Assembly: GCA_958295715.1 (NCBI GenBank)
Contig: OY282371.1
Location: 1,175,261 to 1,239,260, forward strand
DNA: 64,000 bases
Source: an uncultured Dehalococcoidia bacterium
GTDB lineage: Bacteria; Chloroflexota; Dehalococcoidia; Lucifugimonadales; GCA-2712585
Direction: 5' to 3'
How positions within the stretch are numbered: the stretch's first letter is position 1; the number at the start of each line of letters is the position of its first letter. Made by a program: the position numbers and the translations under genes. Positions 9,553 to 19,470 of the stretch are shown here, piece after piece. Below the pieces are notes generated by a model. The model searched no databases, was not told the DNA's origin, and was given only the letters and a program-made list of their open reading frames with translations.

Positions 9553-10137
9553 TCCGTCATTCCCGCCTCCCCTTCCGTCATTCCCGCGCAGGCGGGAAGG
9601 GCGCGCGCGCCCACTTAGGTTTTGAGGAGGGCCGGTTCTGCGTTGCGGCTCTTGGTTGGCGCCGTCCCTGCGCAAACAGGCGACCCCGGTCACGCCCGCC
9701 TCTCCCCCTCTTTTCCGTCATTCCCGCTCCCTGTCCTCGTCATTCCCGCGCAGGCGGGAAGGGCGCGTGTGCCCATTTATGTTTTGAAGAGGGTCGGTTC
9801 TGCGTTGGAGGCCTGGCGCCACTATCCGCATTCCCACACCCCTTTCCGTCATTCCCGCGCAGGCGGGAATCCATCCCCATCCCCCGATGCGTTGGCAACC
9901 GCACATCGGCGCGCGCCGTTCCCCCGCAACCACACCGCCCCTCTCGTCAAGGGAGAGTGGTGGCGGCGATGAGAGTATCTCGGTGATGAATCGGCAGGCG
10001 GGAAGATGGATTCCCGCCTGCGCGGGAATGACTGGAAGGGGGGTCGGGAGGGGCAACGTGTGCCCACTTAGTTTTGAAGAGCGTTGGTCCTACGTTGTGA
10101 GCTTCCTGGATTCCCGTTTTCACGGGAATGACGGATA
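9553..10137. repeat. Palindromic repeat cluster 2, between convergent hisB and purS
   Basis: Forward full and half copies at 9553-9875; inverted copies at ~9992-10035 and 10105-10137. Confidence 0.92.
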
Positions 10138-10144
10138 AGAGGCG

Positions 10145-10420
10145 TTAGGGGGGTGGCCCCTCCCCCTCATCCACCGCGCTGAGCCGGTAGGAAAAGTCCT
10201 CAATCACAGGGTTGGCCAACAGCTTGTCGCACATGCCTTGGACCTGCTCCTCGGCGTCCGAGAGGCTGGGCGCGTCCAGCAGGGCCTCAATGCGCTTGCC
10301 CACCCTGACGCTCCGCAGCGAATCGAACCCCAGGGTCTTCAGACCGGCCAACACCGTCTGCCCCTGGGGGTCGTTGACGGTGGGCTTCAGGGTAACGTAA
10401 ATCTCGGCCAGATACCGCAA
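10145..10420 (-). CDS. purS: Phosphoribosylformylglycinamidine synthase subunit PurS
   Basis: VTLKPTVNDPQG, VRVGK and LLANPVIE motifs; TTG start at 10420. Confidence 0.93.
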   Translation of the reverse strand: MRYLAEIYVTLKPTVNDPQGQTVLAGLKTLGFDSLRSVRVGKRIEALLDAPSLSDAEEQVQGMCDKLLANPVIEDFSYRLSAVDEGEGPPP

Positions 10421-10422
10421 GC

Positions 10423-11136
10423 CTAGCTCATGAAGTCGCCGCAGGGTATCGACTCCACCCCCGAGTTGTTGCGGTGAGCGTCGTAGAAGGCCCGGATGCG
10501 CTCCTCGCCCTCGCCCTGGAACTGGAATCTGTCCAACCATCTCCACGCGGTCAGGACCACCTCGCCCTCAGCTATCTTCGAGTACGGGTGCAGTATCATC
10601 CAGCTTCTCCTGCCGGGGAGACCCCTGGCTATCTCCCTCAACCGCTCAATCTCCGCATCGTCACTCAGGTTGTAGCTGATGATTACCTGGCCGTGCTCCA
10701 TGTTGTGGACTATCTGCTCATCCGGCAGTTCCTCTTGAAAGATGCCGCACCCCGCCCATCCAATGCCCCAGTGAGGCCCGGAGGTCGGCGGCGTGGAGTT
10801 GTAGGTTCCTTCAAAATCGGTTCCTTGCGGAATGTGGTTGCTGGGCGGGTAGATAAGGGGCATGGCGGCTATGCGCTGCCCCACCTCGTCGCCCGTGCCG
10901 GTTCCACCCCCGCCGCCGCCGGTGCCGGCGAAACCCTGCACCACAAAGCTGGCGATGATGGCCGCGGCGAACAGCGTCAGGGCGATATAAAGCCCCCAAC
11001 GCCTAACCTTCTTCCAGGTGCGAGGGCGTATCTTGGGTTTGGAGCCGCCGCTTGAGGACTGGGAGGAAGGGCCTCTGGACCGGTTTGGCGAGTGGCGGCC
11101 GCGCCTGTTCCTGTTGCGCCTACTGCTTTCAGGCAA
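10423..11136 (-). CDS. DUF3105-like membrane-anchored protein
   Basis: YNSTPPTSGPHW, VHNMEHG and LTAW motifs; basic N-terminus followed by a TM helix. Confidence 0.8.
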   Translation of the reverse strand: MPESSRRNRNRRGRHSPNRSRGPSSQSSSGGSKPKIRPRTWKKVRRWGLYIALTLFAAAIIASFVVQGFAGTGGGGGGTGTGDEVGQRIAAMPLIYPPSNHIPQGTDFEGTYNSTPPTSGPHWGIGWAGCGIFQEELPDEQIVHNMEHGQVIISYNLSDDAEIERLREIARGLPGRRSWMILHPYSKIAEGEVVLTAWRWLDRFQFQGEGEERIRAFYDAHRNNSGVESIPCGDFMS

Positions 11137-11151
11137 TTTGGATGCTCCTCC

Positions 11152-12069
11152 TCAACTCGTAAGCTCCTGGCCCGTGAGCCGGCGGTAGGCCTCCCGGTAG
11201 CGGTCGGCGGTCCTCTCCACCACGTCATCCGGCAGGGCCGGGGCGGGCGGCTCCCGGTCCCAACCCTGGTCTATCAGCCAGTCCCGCACGTACTGCTTGT
11301 CGAAGTTGGGCTGCGACTGGCCGGGCCGGTATCCCTCGGCGTCCCAAAAGCGGCTGGAGTCGGGCGTGAATATCTCGTCAATCAGCGTTAGTTCCCCGTC
11401 AATATAGCCAAACTCCAACTTGGTGTCGGCAAGAATGATGCCCCTCCCGGCGGCGTAGTCGCGGGCGAACCGGTACACCGCGAGGCTCTTCTCCTCCAGG
11501 TCGCGGGCGGTCTCCACCCCAACCATCCCCTCCACCTCTGCGATGCTGATGTTCTCGTCGTGGCCCTCCTCGGCCTTGGTGGTGGGCGTAAAGAAGGGCT
11601 CGGGGAACATCTGCCCCTCGAGGAGGCCGCCGGGCATGGTCTTTCCAAACACAGTCCCATTCTTCCGGTACTCGGCCCACGCCGACCCCGCCAGGTAGCC
11701 CCTAACGATGCACTCCACGTCCACCCTCTCGGCCCTGCGGACAATCATCGCGCGGCTCGCTATCTCCGGGGGGACGCTGCCAAGGGGGGAGTCATCGGGA
11801 AGGGCGCCGGGGTCGTCTCCCAAGGCTATGAGGTGGTTGGGGACGAGGTGGGCCGTTTCGTTGAACCAGAAGGCCGACATGCGGCTGAGGACCACACCCT
11901 TGCCGGGTATGCCCGTGGGCAGGACCACGTCGAAGGCGGATATGCGGTCAGAGGCCACCATGAAGAGGCGCCCGCCGCCCAGGTCGTAGGTGTCCCTGAC
12001 CTTGCCCCGGTACAGGCGGTTGGGCAGTTGCGTTTCCAGTATAGACTCTCTGTTCATATCACCTTCCAA
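11152..12069 (-). CDS. purC: SAICAR synthetase
   Basis: GKVRD.Y, SDRISAFD, ADTKLEFG, TPDSSRFW and DKQYVRDW motifs. Confidence 0.97.
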   Translation of the reverse strand: MEGDMNRESILETQLPNRLYRGKVRDTYDLGGGRLFMVASDRISAFDVVLPTGIPGKGVVLSRMSAFWFNETAHLVPNHLIALGDDPGALPDDSPLGSVPPEIASRAMIVRRAERVDVECIVRGYLAGSAWAEYRKNGTVFGKTMPGGLLEGQMFPEPFFTPTTKAEEGHDENISIAEVEGMVGVETARDLEEKSLAVYRFARDYAAGRGIILADTKLEFGYIDGELTLIDEIFTPDSSRFWDAEGYRPGQSQPNFDKQYVRDWLIDQGWDREPPAPALPDDVVERTADRYREAYRRLTGQELTS

Positions 12070-12087
12070 AACGGTTTTTTGACGGGA

Positions 12088-13401
12088 CTAGGACCCGGCG
12101 GCCGCCAGGCCCTGAAGTCCCAACCGGTGAAACACGTCGTCCACGTACTTTACATAGTAACCGTAGTCAAAGACAGCGTCTAGTTCCGCCGCCGACATGA
12201 CGGAGGAGACCTCCTCGTCTCGCCGCGCCAGGTCCGGGAAGGCGCCGCCCTCGTCCCAGGCCTGCATTGAGCGCGTCTGCACTATCTTGTAGGCCCGCTC
12301 CCGCGCGAGTCCCTTCTCCACCAGGGCCAGCATCAGCCGTTGGCTGAACACCAGCCCGCCGGAGCTCTCCATGTTGCGCCTCATCCGCTCAGGATAGACC
12401 TTGAGTCCACGGATGACGCCGGTGAACAGGTCCAAAACGTAGTCGAGGGCCAGGCAGGAGTCCGGCAATATGACGCGCTCCGCCGAGGAGTGGCTGATGT
12501 CCCGCTCGTGCCACAGGGCCACGTTTTCCAGGGCCGTGACGGCGTTGCCGCGGATGAGGCGGGCCAGCCCGCACACCCTTTCGCTAAGCTCCGGGTTCCG
12601 CTTGTGGGGCATGGAGGAGGAACCCGTTTGCCCCTCGCCGAAAGGCTCCTCCACCTCCCTGACCTCGGTGCGCTGGAGGGAGCGTATCTCGGTGGCGAAC
12701 TTCTCAAGGGACGCGGACATCAGGGCCAAGGTGGTCACGAAGTGGGCGTGGCGGTCTCGCTGCAACACCTGGTTGGAAACCGGCGCCGGCCTCAGTCCCA
12801 GCCGCCTGCACACCGACTCCTCGATGGCCGGCGGGGCCGTGGCGTGAGTGCCGACGGCGCCGGATATCTTGCCCACCGCCGCGCCGTCCCGCGCCGCCCT
12901 CAGCCGCTCCTGCTGACGCCGCATCTCGTCCCACCATAGGGCCATCTTCAGGCCGAAGGTGATGGGCTCGGCGTGGATCCCGTGAGTCCTGCCCATCATT
13001 GGCGTATGCTTGTGGGCCAGGGCCTGGGAAAGGATCGCCTCCGAAAGCAGGGCCGCTTCCTCCAGCAGGAGGTCGGCGGCCTCCACCATTTGGAGGCTCA
13101 AGGCGGTGTCCAGAACGTCGCTTGAGGTAAGCCCCAGATGCACCCAACGGCCCTCGTCGCCCAGCCCGGACGTGACCGAGTGGAGGAAGGCGGTGACGTC
13201 GTGGCGGGTGCGGTGAAAGGCCTCATCCATCAACTGCTGGTCGAAGGAGGCGCGGCGGAGCTTAACCATGTCCTCGGCGGGGATGACCCCGGCCTCCGTC
13301 CACGCCTCGCAGACGGCAAGCTCAACCTGAAGCCACCGGCCATGCTTGCTCTCGTCGGACCAGACGGCCTTCATCCTGGGCCGGGAGTATCGCTCAATCA
13401 C
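12088..13401 (-). CDS. purB: Adenylosuccinate lyase
   Basis: MIERY, GRTHG.HAEP and GSSSMPHKRNP motifs. Confidence 0.97.
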   Translation of the reverse strand: MIERYSRPRMKAVWSDESKHGRWLQVELAVCEAWTEAGVIPAEDMVKLRRASFDQQLMDEAFHRTRHDVTAFLHSVTSGLGDEGRWVHLGLTSSDVLDTALSLQMVEAADLLLEEAALLSEAILSQALAHKHTPMMGRTHGIHAEPITFGLKMALWWDEMRRQQERLRAARDGAAVGKISGAVGTHATAPPAIEESVCRRLGLRPAPVSNQVLQRDRHAHFVTTLALMSASLEKFATEIRSLQRTEVREVEEPFGEGQTGSSSMPHKRNPELSERVCGLARLIRGNAVTALENVALWHERDISHSSAERVILPDSCLALDYVLDLFTGVIRGLKVYPERMRRNMESSGGLVFSQRLMLALVEKGLARERAYKIVQTRSMQAWDEGGAFPDLARRDEEVSSVMSAAELDAVFDYGYYVKYVDDVFHRLGLQGLAAAGS

Positions 13402-14102
13402 CGCCGCGGCTCCTCACGCCCCGCGTTTTCAAAGGCGTCCAGCGACTCTATCACCTTGGAGAAGTCGGTGAGCGGGACGTAGGGCTGCCCCTTTTCCCGC
13501 CGGCTCTCCTCAAGGAAGCGGAGGGCGAACACCGCGTCGGCCTTCTCCGCAGGGCAGATGTCCGTCTTGCCGTCGCCGGCGAACAGAATCTTGTGGCCCC
13601 TGCGCCTGTACCGTTCCAGCACAAGACACTTGCAGTTGCCCGGCTGCCAACACCCGCTCCAGGTGTAGCGGTAGGTGAAGTTGATGCCCGCGCCGGTGAA
13701 CTCGGTGTCCACGGCGTAACACGAAATAGACTCCATCCCCTCGCGCTCCAAGAGGGCCTGGACGTAGAAGTCAAGCCCCATGCTGGCGATGGCCAGGGGG
13801 ATGTTGGACCTACGGCACCGCTCATACAGGGCCTTGAAGCCGGGCCGGAGGGTGGCCCGCTCCTTCACCAGGTCCTTCATGGCCTCCCGTCCCACCGTGA
13901 CGGTCTGAAAGGCCAACTCCTGGTACTCCTTGAGGCTGATGGCCCCGGTGGAGTTCCGCCGACGGATATCCTCCCAACCCTGGCCGCCGAACTCCTTCAG
14001 CAACAGTTCAGCCACGTTCTCCAGGGCCGTGGTGTCGTCAAAGTCGCAGATGACGGCGGGGCCGGCCTCAGGCGGCTTGCAGTTTCCGGCGGTACTCCTC
14101 AT
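13398..14102 (-). CDS. HAD-IB family phosphatase (MtnX-like)
   Basis: CDFDDT, CKC and GDG.TD.CPA motifs; start uncertain. Confidence 0.8.
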   Translation of the reverse strand: MRSTAGNCKPPEAGPAVICDFDDTTALENVAELLLKEFGGQGWEDIRRRNSTGAISLKEYQELAFQTVTVGREAMKDLVKERATLRPGFKALYERCRRSNIPLAIASMGLDFYVQALLEREGMESISCYAVDTEFTGAGINFTYRYTWSGCWQPGNCKCLVLERYRRRGHKILFAGDGKTDICPAEKADAVFALRFLEESRREKGQPYVPLTDFSKVIESLDAFENAGREEPRR

Positions 14103-14526
14103 AAGCCTCTCTAACGTCGTCGTGCTTAAGGGCCAGTATCTCGGCGGCGAGGTAGGCCGCGTTCCTGGCGCCCCAGGACCCCACCGCAACGCAGGCCACG
14201 GGCACGCCCGGCGGCATCTGGGCGATGGCGGTCAGGGCGTCCATACCCTTCAACTCACTGCTGGCCAGGGGCACGCCGATGACCGGCAAGGTGCTCCAAG
14301 CGGCCAAAACGCCGGGCAGGGCCGCGGAGCCGCCCGCCGCGCCTATGAGCACCTCGATGCCCCGTTCCCGCGCCGTCACGGCGTACTCCATGACCTGCTT
14401 GGGCTTGCGGTGAGCGGACATAACCCGCACCTCGTAATCAATGCCCAACTCCTCCAGGGTCTTCACCGTGTCCCGAACCGTAGGCTCATCGGACGCGCTG
14501 CCCATTACAACGCCAACTCTGCTCAT
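14068..14526 (-). CDS. purE: N5-carboxyaminoimidazole ribonucleotide mutase
   Basis: MGSASD, SAHR, LPVIGVP and QMPPGVPV motifs. Confidence 0.96.
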   Translation of the reverse strand: MSRVGVVMGSASDEPTVRDTVKTLEELGIDYEVRVMSAHRKPKQVMEYAVTARERGIEVLIGAAGGSAALPGVLAAWSTLPVIGVPLASSELKGMDALTAIAQMPPGVPVACVAVGSWGARNAAYLAAEILALKHDDVREAYEEYRRKLQAA

Positions 14527-15827
14527 CTTCTTCCTATCACCCTCCTGTTGGTTGGAACCATCTTTTCCGTCATGCCAATGTCCTTGCGGTAGTGGTGCCC
14601 TTGGAAGGACACCCGCTCAACGTTTTCGTAGACGCGCTGGCGCGCCTCATCAAGCGTGGGGCCTGAAGCCACCACTGTCAACACCCGGCCGCCGCTGGTG
14701 AGAAGCTGCGACGCCTTTCGCTGGGGTCTAACCGTGCCCCCGTGAAACACCAAGATATCCTCGTCCAACTCCTCAAGCCCCTGGATCTCAAGCCATCGCC
14801 GGTAGTCGCCGGGGTATCCGCGGGAAGCAATGACCACCCCGACGCACGACTGATTCCCCCAGTCCACCTTGACCTTGTTCAGGCCGCCGTTGACGGTGGC
14901 AGACATAACCGCCGCCAAGTCCGACCGCATGGGAGGCAGGACAACCTGGGTCTCCGGGTCACCGAGGCGGCAGTTGAACTCCAAGGCCCTAATCCCGGCG
15001 GACGTGACCATCAGCCCGGCGTACAGAATCCCCTTGTAGGGGGCGCCCTCCTGGGCCATGCCCCTAACGGCCGGGAGCATGACCTCACGCCGCACCTGAG
15101 CTTCCATCTCCTTGGTCCAAAAGTCCGGAGGGGCGTAGCTGCCCATGCCCCCGGTGTTCGGCCCCCGGTCGCCGTCCAAGAGGCGCTTGTAGTCACAAGC
15201 GGCCGTCAATGCGGATACGTTCTCGCCGTCGGTGAAGGCGAACACGCTCACCTCCTCCCCCTCCAGAAACTCCTCCACCACCACCTTGGCCCCCGCGTTC
15301 CCAAAGATGCGGTCCTGCATACAGTCATACAGGGCGTTGATGGCGGCCTCCCGGTCGCGGCACACCAGCGCGCCCTTCCCGGCGGCCAGGCCGTCGGCCT
15401 TGACCACAATGGGGCCTTCGTGCTTGGACAGGAACTCGTAGCCGTCGCCGTAGGACTGAAACACCTTGAAGTCGGGCGAGGGGATGTTGTGCCTGTCCAT
15501 AAGCTGCCGGGCAAAGGCCTTGCTGGACTCTATCCGCGCCCCGTCTCTGGTGGGCCCAAAAATTTGGAAGCCCTTCTGCCCGAACACGTCCACGATGCCC
15601 TTGGCCAACGGGACCTCCGAGCCGACCACCGTCAAATCTATGTCGTACTGCTTGGCGGCCAAGAGCAGGGTTGGAATGTCCTCGGCCTGGGCCGACAGGT
15701 TAGACGCGATGGCGCGGGTCCCGGCGTTGCCCGGGGCCACGAAGACCCGGTCCACCGAGGGACACCCGCTCAGCTTCCACGCTATAGCGTGCTCCCTCGC
15801 CCCCGAACCTATCACCATAACCCTCAT
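14523..15827 (-). CDS. purD: Phosphoribosylamine--glycine ligase
   Basis: GSGAREHA, KADGLAAGKG, GPNTGGMG and EFNCRLGDPE motifs. Confidence 0.97.
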   Translation of the reverse strand: MRVMVIGSGAREHAIAWKLSGCPSVDRVFVAPGNAGTRAIASNLSAQAEDIPTLLLAAKQYDIDLTVVGSEVPLAKGIVDVFGQKGFQIFGPTRDGARIESSKAFARQLMDRHNIPSPDFKVFQSYGDGYEFLSKHEGPIVVKADGLAAGKGALVCRDREAAINALYDCMQDRIFGNAGAKVVVEEFLEGEEVSVFAFTDGENVSALTAACDYKRLLDGDRGPNTGGMGSYAPPDFWTKEMEAQVRREVMLPAVRGMAQEGAPYKGILYAGLMVTSAGIRALEFNCRLGDPETQVVLPPMRSDLAAVMSATVNGGLNKVKVDWGNQSCVGVVIASRGYPGDYRRWLEIQGLEELDEDILVFHGGTVRPQRKASQLLTSGGRVLTVVASGPTLDEARQRVYENVERVSFQGHHYRKDIGMTEKMVPTNRRVIGRR

Positions 15828-15854
15828 ATCACCATAACCCCCATACGGACGCCA

Positions 15855-17519
15855 CTACTCCCATTCTATGGTCCCGGGCGGCTTGCTGGTAATGTCGTAC
15901 ACCACCCTGTTCACCTGGGGGACCTCGTTGACTATCCTGCGGGAAATGCGGGCCAAGGCCTCGTAGGGAAGGCGCGCCCAATCGGCGGTCATGGCGTCGT
16001 CGCTGGACACCGCGCGAATGGCCACCACGTTGCCGTAGGTCCTGAAGTCACCCATCACCCCAACGCTGCGGGCGTCGGTGAGTACGGCGAAGGTCTGCCA
16101 AAGCTCCCGGTACAGGTTGGCCGCCTTTATCTCATCAATGACTATCCAGTCGCAGGCGCGAAGGACCTCCAGCTTCTCCTCCGTCACCTCGCCAAGGACG
16201 CGGATGGCCAGGCCCGGCCCCGGGAAGGGCTGACGCTGCACTATCTCCTCAGGGAGGCCCAGGACCTCTCCAACGCCCCTTATCTCATCCTTAAATAGGA
16301 ACCTCAGCGGCTCCACCAGCTTCAGGTTCATCTCCTTGGGCAGGCCGCCAACGTTATGATGGGTCTTTATCTTGGCGGCGGACATGTTCCCGGAGCCGGC
16401 GCTCTCGATAACGTCCGGGTACAGGGTGCCCTGGGCCAGGTACTCGGCCTCGCTCAACTCCTCCGCCGCGTCCTCAAACACGCGGATGAACTCCTCGCCG
16501 ATAACCTTTCTCTTCTCCTCCGGGTCCGTGACCCCCTTCAACCGCCCAAGGAACCTCTGGGACGCGTCAACGTAGAGCAGGTCCATGTTCATGTTTCGCT
16601 GGAAGGTCCTCTGAACCCGCTCCGCCTCCTCGCGGCGCAGCAGGCCGTTGTTCACAAATATGCAGGTGAGCTGGCTCCCCACGGCCTTGTGCAGCAAGGT
16701 GGCCGTAACCGCCGAGTCCACCCCGCCGGAAAGGGCGCATATCACCCGGCCGTTCCCCACCTGGCCGCGTATCCGTTGAATCGCCGACCTGACAAAGCTG
16801 TCGGGAGTCCAACCGCCGCGGCAGCCACAGACCCGGTACAGGAAGTTCTCCAAAATGCTCCTGCCCTGGGGAGTGTGGGCCACCTCAGGGTGGAACTGGA
16901 TGCCGTACATCTCCCCGCCGCGCATCGCCGCGATGGGGGAGTTGTCAGTGTAGGCCAGGGCCTCGAACCCCGGCGGCAGGCTCTGAATCCGGTCGCCGTG
17001 GCTCATCCACACCGGCATCGAGCCGTCCATGCCCTCAAAGAGGGGCGAGGCGCCGATGCCCTGGTGAAGGACGGCGTGGCCGTATTCCCGCTTCAGGCCC
17101 GGCGTCACCTTGCCGCCCAACTGGTGGGCCAACGCCTGCATCCCATAGCATATGCCAAGGGCCGGAATCCCCGCCTCATACACCCAACCGGGGACCATCG
17201 GGGCGCCCTCGTCGTAGACGCTGGCGGGGCCGCCGGAAAGTATGACGCCCTTGGGGTTTATGGACTTCACCTCGTCCCAGGTGGAGTCGGGGGACGCCAC
17301 CTCGCTGTACACCTCAAGCTCCCGCACTCGCCGGGCGATGAGGTGGCTGTACTGGGAGCCAAAATCGACTATCACCACCCCTTCGGACACCCGGGCCGCC
17401 TCCTCCCCCCGCTCCGAACCCTGCCCCTCCTTCTCCTTGGCTATCTCCAGGTAGGTGGATATCTCCAGGTCGTCGCTGGTGGCCACCCGGTGGCTGGGGG
17501 CCGGCTCTTGAACTACCAT
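15855..17519 (-). CDS. guaA: GMP synthase (glutamine-hydrolysing)
   Basis: DFGSQY, GICYG, QFHPEV, SGGVDS and KPPGTIEWE motifs; AAGGAGG RBS before ATG 17519. Confidence 0.97.
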   Translation of the reverse strand: MVVQEPAPSHRVATSDDLEISTYLEIAKEKEGQGSERGEEAARVSEGVVIVDFGSQYSHLIARRVRELEVYSEVASPDSTWDEVKSINPKGVILSGGPASVYDEGAPMVPGWVYEAGIPALGICYGMQALAHQLGGKVTPGLKREYGHAVLHQGIGASPLFEGMDGSMPVWMSHGDRIQSLPPGFEALAYTDNSPIAAMRGGEMYGIQFHPEVAHTPQGRSILENFLYRVCGCRGGWTPDSFVRSAIQRIRGQVGNGRVICALSGGVDSAVTATLLHKAVGSQLTCIFVNNGLLRREEAERVQRTFQRNMNMDLLYVDASQRFLGRLKGVTDPEEKRKVIGEEFIRVFEDAAEELSEAEYLAQGTLYPDVIESAGSGNMSAAKIKTHHNVGGLPKEMNLKLVEPLRFLFKDEIRGVGEVLGLPEEIVQRQPFPGPGLAIRVLGEVTEEKLEVLRACDWIVIDEIKAANLYRELWQTFAVLTDARSVGVMGDFRTYGNVVAIRAVSSDDAMTADWARLPYEALARISRRIVNEVPQVNRVVYDITSKPPGTIEWE

Positions 17520-17531
17520 GCCCTCCTTCAT

Positions 17532-17661
17532 AACAAACAGCGGGCGCTGGCCCGCTGCTTTACATAAGCCGAATATGTGGGACTGGCCTTACACTTTGCC
17601 ATGTTGCGCCGGATGCCGCTCACTCTCGACCCAAGATAGCGCCTATGCTATACTCAGTCAA
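17532..17661 (-). promoter_or_regulatory. Putative promoter and 5' leader with terminator-like hairpin for the guaA-pur operon
   Basis: TTGACT-N17-TATCTT (17661-17633); CAGCGGG/CCCGCTG stem followed by TTTGTT just before the RBS. Confidence 0.5.
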
Positions 17662-17693
17662 GTTGGCCCGCTCCCGGGGCGCGCCCCGCATAT

Positions 17694-18320
17694 ATGATGG
17701 TATCGTTGAATATCAAGGGTTATTTTGAGGAAGCCGTCGACATGCTACGCAACGACGGCGTAATCAGCTATCCTACCGACACTCTCTACGGCCTGGGGGC
17801 CGACCCCTTCTCTCCAAAGGCCCTCTCCCGCCTCCTTGAAGTCAAGGGCAGGAGTAGGGACAAGGGGCTTCCCCTCCTGCTGGCCGACGCTGACGACGCG
17901 CGGGCCGTGGCCCTGCCCAACTCCGACCTGTGGCTGCTCCTGGCCCGGGCCTTCTGGCCGGGACCACTAACCCTGCTCCTCCCGCCGGCCCGGAAGACGC
18001 CCCGCGAGGTCTTGGGGGCCACCGGCGCCGTGGGCCTCCGCGTTCCCGACCACCCCGTTCCCCGCGCCTTGGCCGGGGCCTTGGGCGCGCCCATCGTCGG
18101 CACCAGCGCCAACCCCTCAGGCGGCCCCGACCCCGTGACCGCCCAGGACGTGGAGAGGCTCCTCGGCGGGCGGGTGGACTGCATCCTGGACGGCGGCCCC
18201 GCTCATCGCGGGCAACCCTCCACCGTGATTGACCTCACAGGCCCCGCGCCCAGGATGGTCCGCGCCGGGGCCCTCTCCGCCGAGCGCATCCAAGAGGTGT
18301 GCGGAGTCCTTCCGGAGTGA
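17694..18320 (+). CDS. tsaC: Threonylcarbamoyl-AMP synthase (Sua5/YrdC)
   Basis: YPTDTLYGL, K.R, FWPGPLT, LRVPDHP and TSAN motifs. Confidence 0.92.
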   Translation: MMVSLNIKGYFEEAVDMLRNDGVISYPTDTLYGLGADPFSPKALSRLLEVKGRSRDKGLPLLLADADDARAVALPNSDLWLLLARAFWPGPLTLLLPPARKTPREVLGATGAVGLRVPDHPVPRALAGALGAPIVGTSANPSGGPDPVTAQDVERLLGGRVDCILDGGPAHRGQPSTVIDLTGPAPRMVRAGALSAERIQEVCGVLPE

Positions 18321-18405
18321 GGGCGGCGGCGGACTTGGCGGCGCGGGAGGGCAGTTGCGCTTCCCAACCCTCATCCAGCGCCCTCTTCGCGTCCCAGGAC
18401 CGGCG

Positions 18406-19470
18406 ATGAAGCAGCCCAACGCGTCCCTTGAACAGCGCCACGACGCCTTGGACGCCGAACTCTCGGAGATACTCGGCCGGCGTGAGGGGCTTCTCTATGA
18501 CATGATGCTCTACCAACTGGGATGGGTGGACAAGCTAGGCGAGCCGCTGCCCCGCTCCCGACCCCTCCGCCCCTACTCCACCCTCTGCCTCCTCTCCTGC
18601 GAGGCCGTGGGAGGCGACTACCGCCCGGCCCTGTCCGCCGCGGCGGCCCTGGAACTGGTCAACGCCTTCATCCTGGTCCACAAGGACGTGCAGGACGGCA
18701 GCCCTCACGACGACTCCAGGCCCTCCGTCTGGTGGGTGTGGGGGCCGGGCCAGGCCATCAACGTGGGCGACGGCCTCCACGCCCTTGGACGCAGCGCCCT
18801 GTTCCGGCTCTCCGACGCCGGGCTGCCGCCGGGCCGGGTCCTAAAGGCCCTCAACATCCTTGACGAGGCCTGCCTGCAACTGTGCGAGGGCCAGTACCTT
18901 GACCTCTCCTACCAGGAGCGGCTGGACGTGCCCTCCTCAGCGTATCTCAGAATGGCGGAGGGAATGACCGGGGCCATAACCGCCGGGGCCATGGCCTTGG
19001 GCGCCCTCGCCGCCACCGGCGACCGGGAAATCGTGGACGCCTTCCACGCCGCCGGCCTCAAGCTGGGCGTCGCCTACCAGATAAGAAGGGACATTCAGGC
19101 CCTGTGGGGCGCGGGGGAGGGAGGGGCGCCAAGCCCTCAGATACTGAACAAGAACAAGACCTATCCCGTCGTCCTGCTCCTGGAAACCGCCGACCTCAAG
19201 ACCAAGCGCAGGCTGGGCGGCATCTATTTCAAGCGCGTCTTGGAGCCTTCCGACGCCGCCGACATACTGGCCCTGCTGGAGGAGGCCGGCGCCCGCCAGT
19301 CGGCCGAAAGCGCCGTCCGGAACTACTGCCGGCAGTCCATGGAGGCCTTAGAAAGGCTCTCACTGCCCCAGGAAGGGCTTCAGGGGCTGGCGCGGATGGC
19401 CGAATGCATCACCGGCGACCGCCCAGCGACCCCGGAAGGGCTGGCGGCGAGTCAAGGCGCCCATGAATAA
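18406..19470 (+). CDS. Polyprenyl synthetase-family protein with degenerate Asp-rich motifs
   Basis: ALELV, AINVGD, EGQYLD and G.AYQI motifs, but HKDVQD and RRDIQ replace DDxxD. Confidence 0.8.
   Translation: MKQPNASLEQRHDALDAELSEILGRREGLLYDMMLYQLGWVDKLGEPLPRSRPLRPYSTLCLLSCEAVGGDYRPALSAAAALELVNAFILVHKDVQDGSPHDDSRPSVWWVWGPGQAINVGDGLHALGRSALFRLSDAGLPPGRVLKALNILDEACLQLCEGQYLDLSYQERLDVPSSAYLRMAEGMTGAITAGAMALGALAATGDREIVDAFHAAGLKLGVAYQIRRDIQALWGAGEGGAPSPQILNKNKTYPVVLLLETADLKTKRRLGGIYFKRVLEPSDAADILALLEEAGARQSAESAVRNYCRQSMEALERLSLPQEGLQGLARMAECITGDRPATPEGLAASQGAHE

Noticed and set aside
9485-10145. Repeat-mediated rearrangement truncating the his and pur operons
   Set aside because: From recollection (unverified), a convergent his/pur arrangement also occurs in Dehalococcoides. 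Missing hisHAF and purQL are not evidence of a recent break.
14742-17567. Long antisense ORFs (518 and 403 aa) and similar shadow ORFs across the window
   Set aside because: They are expected opposite high-GC genes and have no recognisable motifs.
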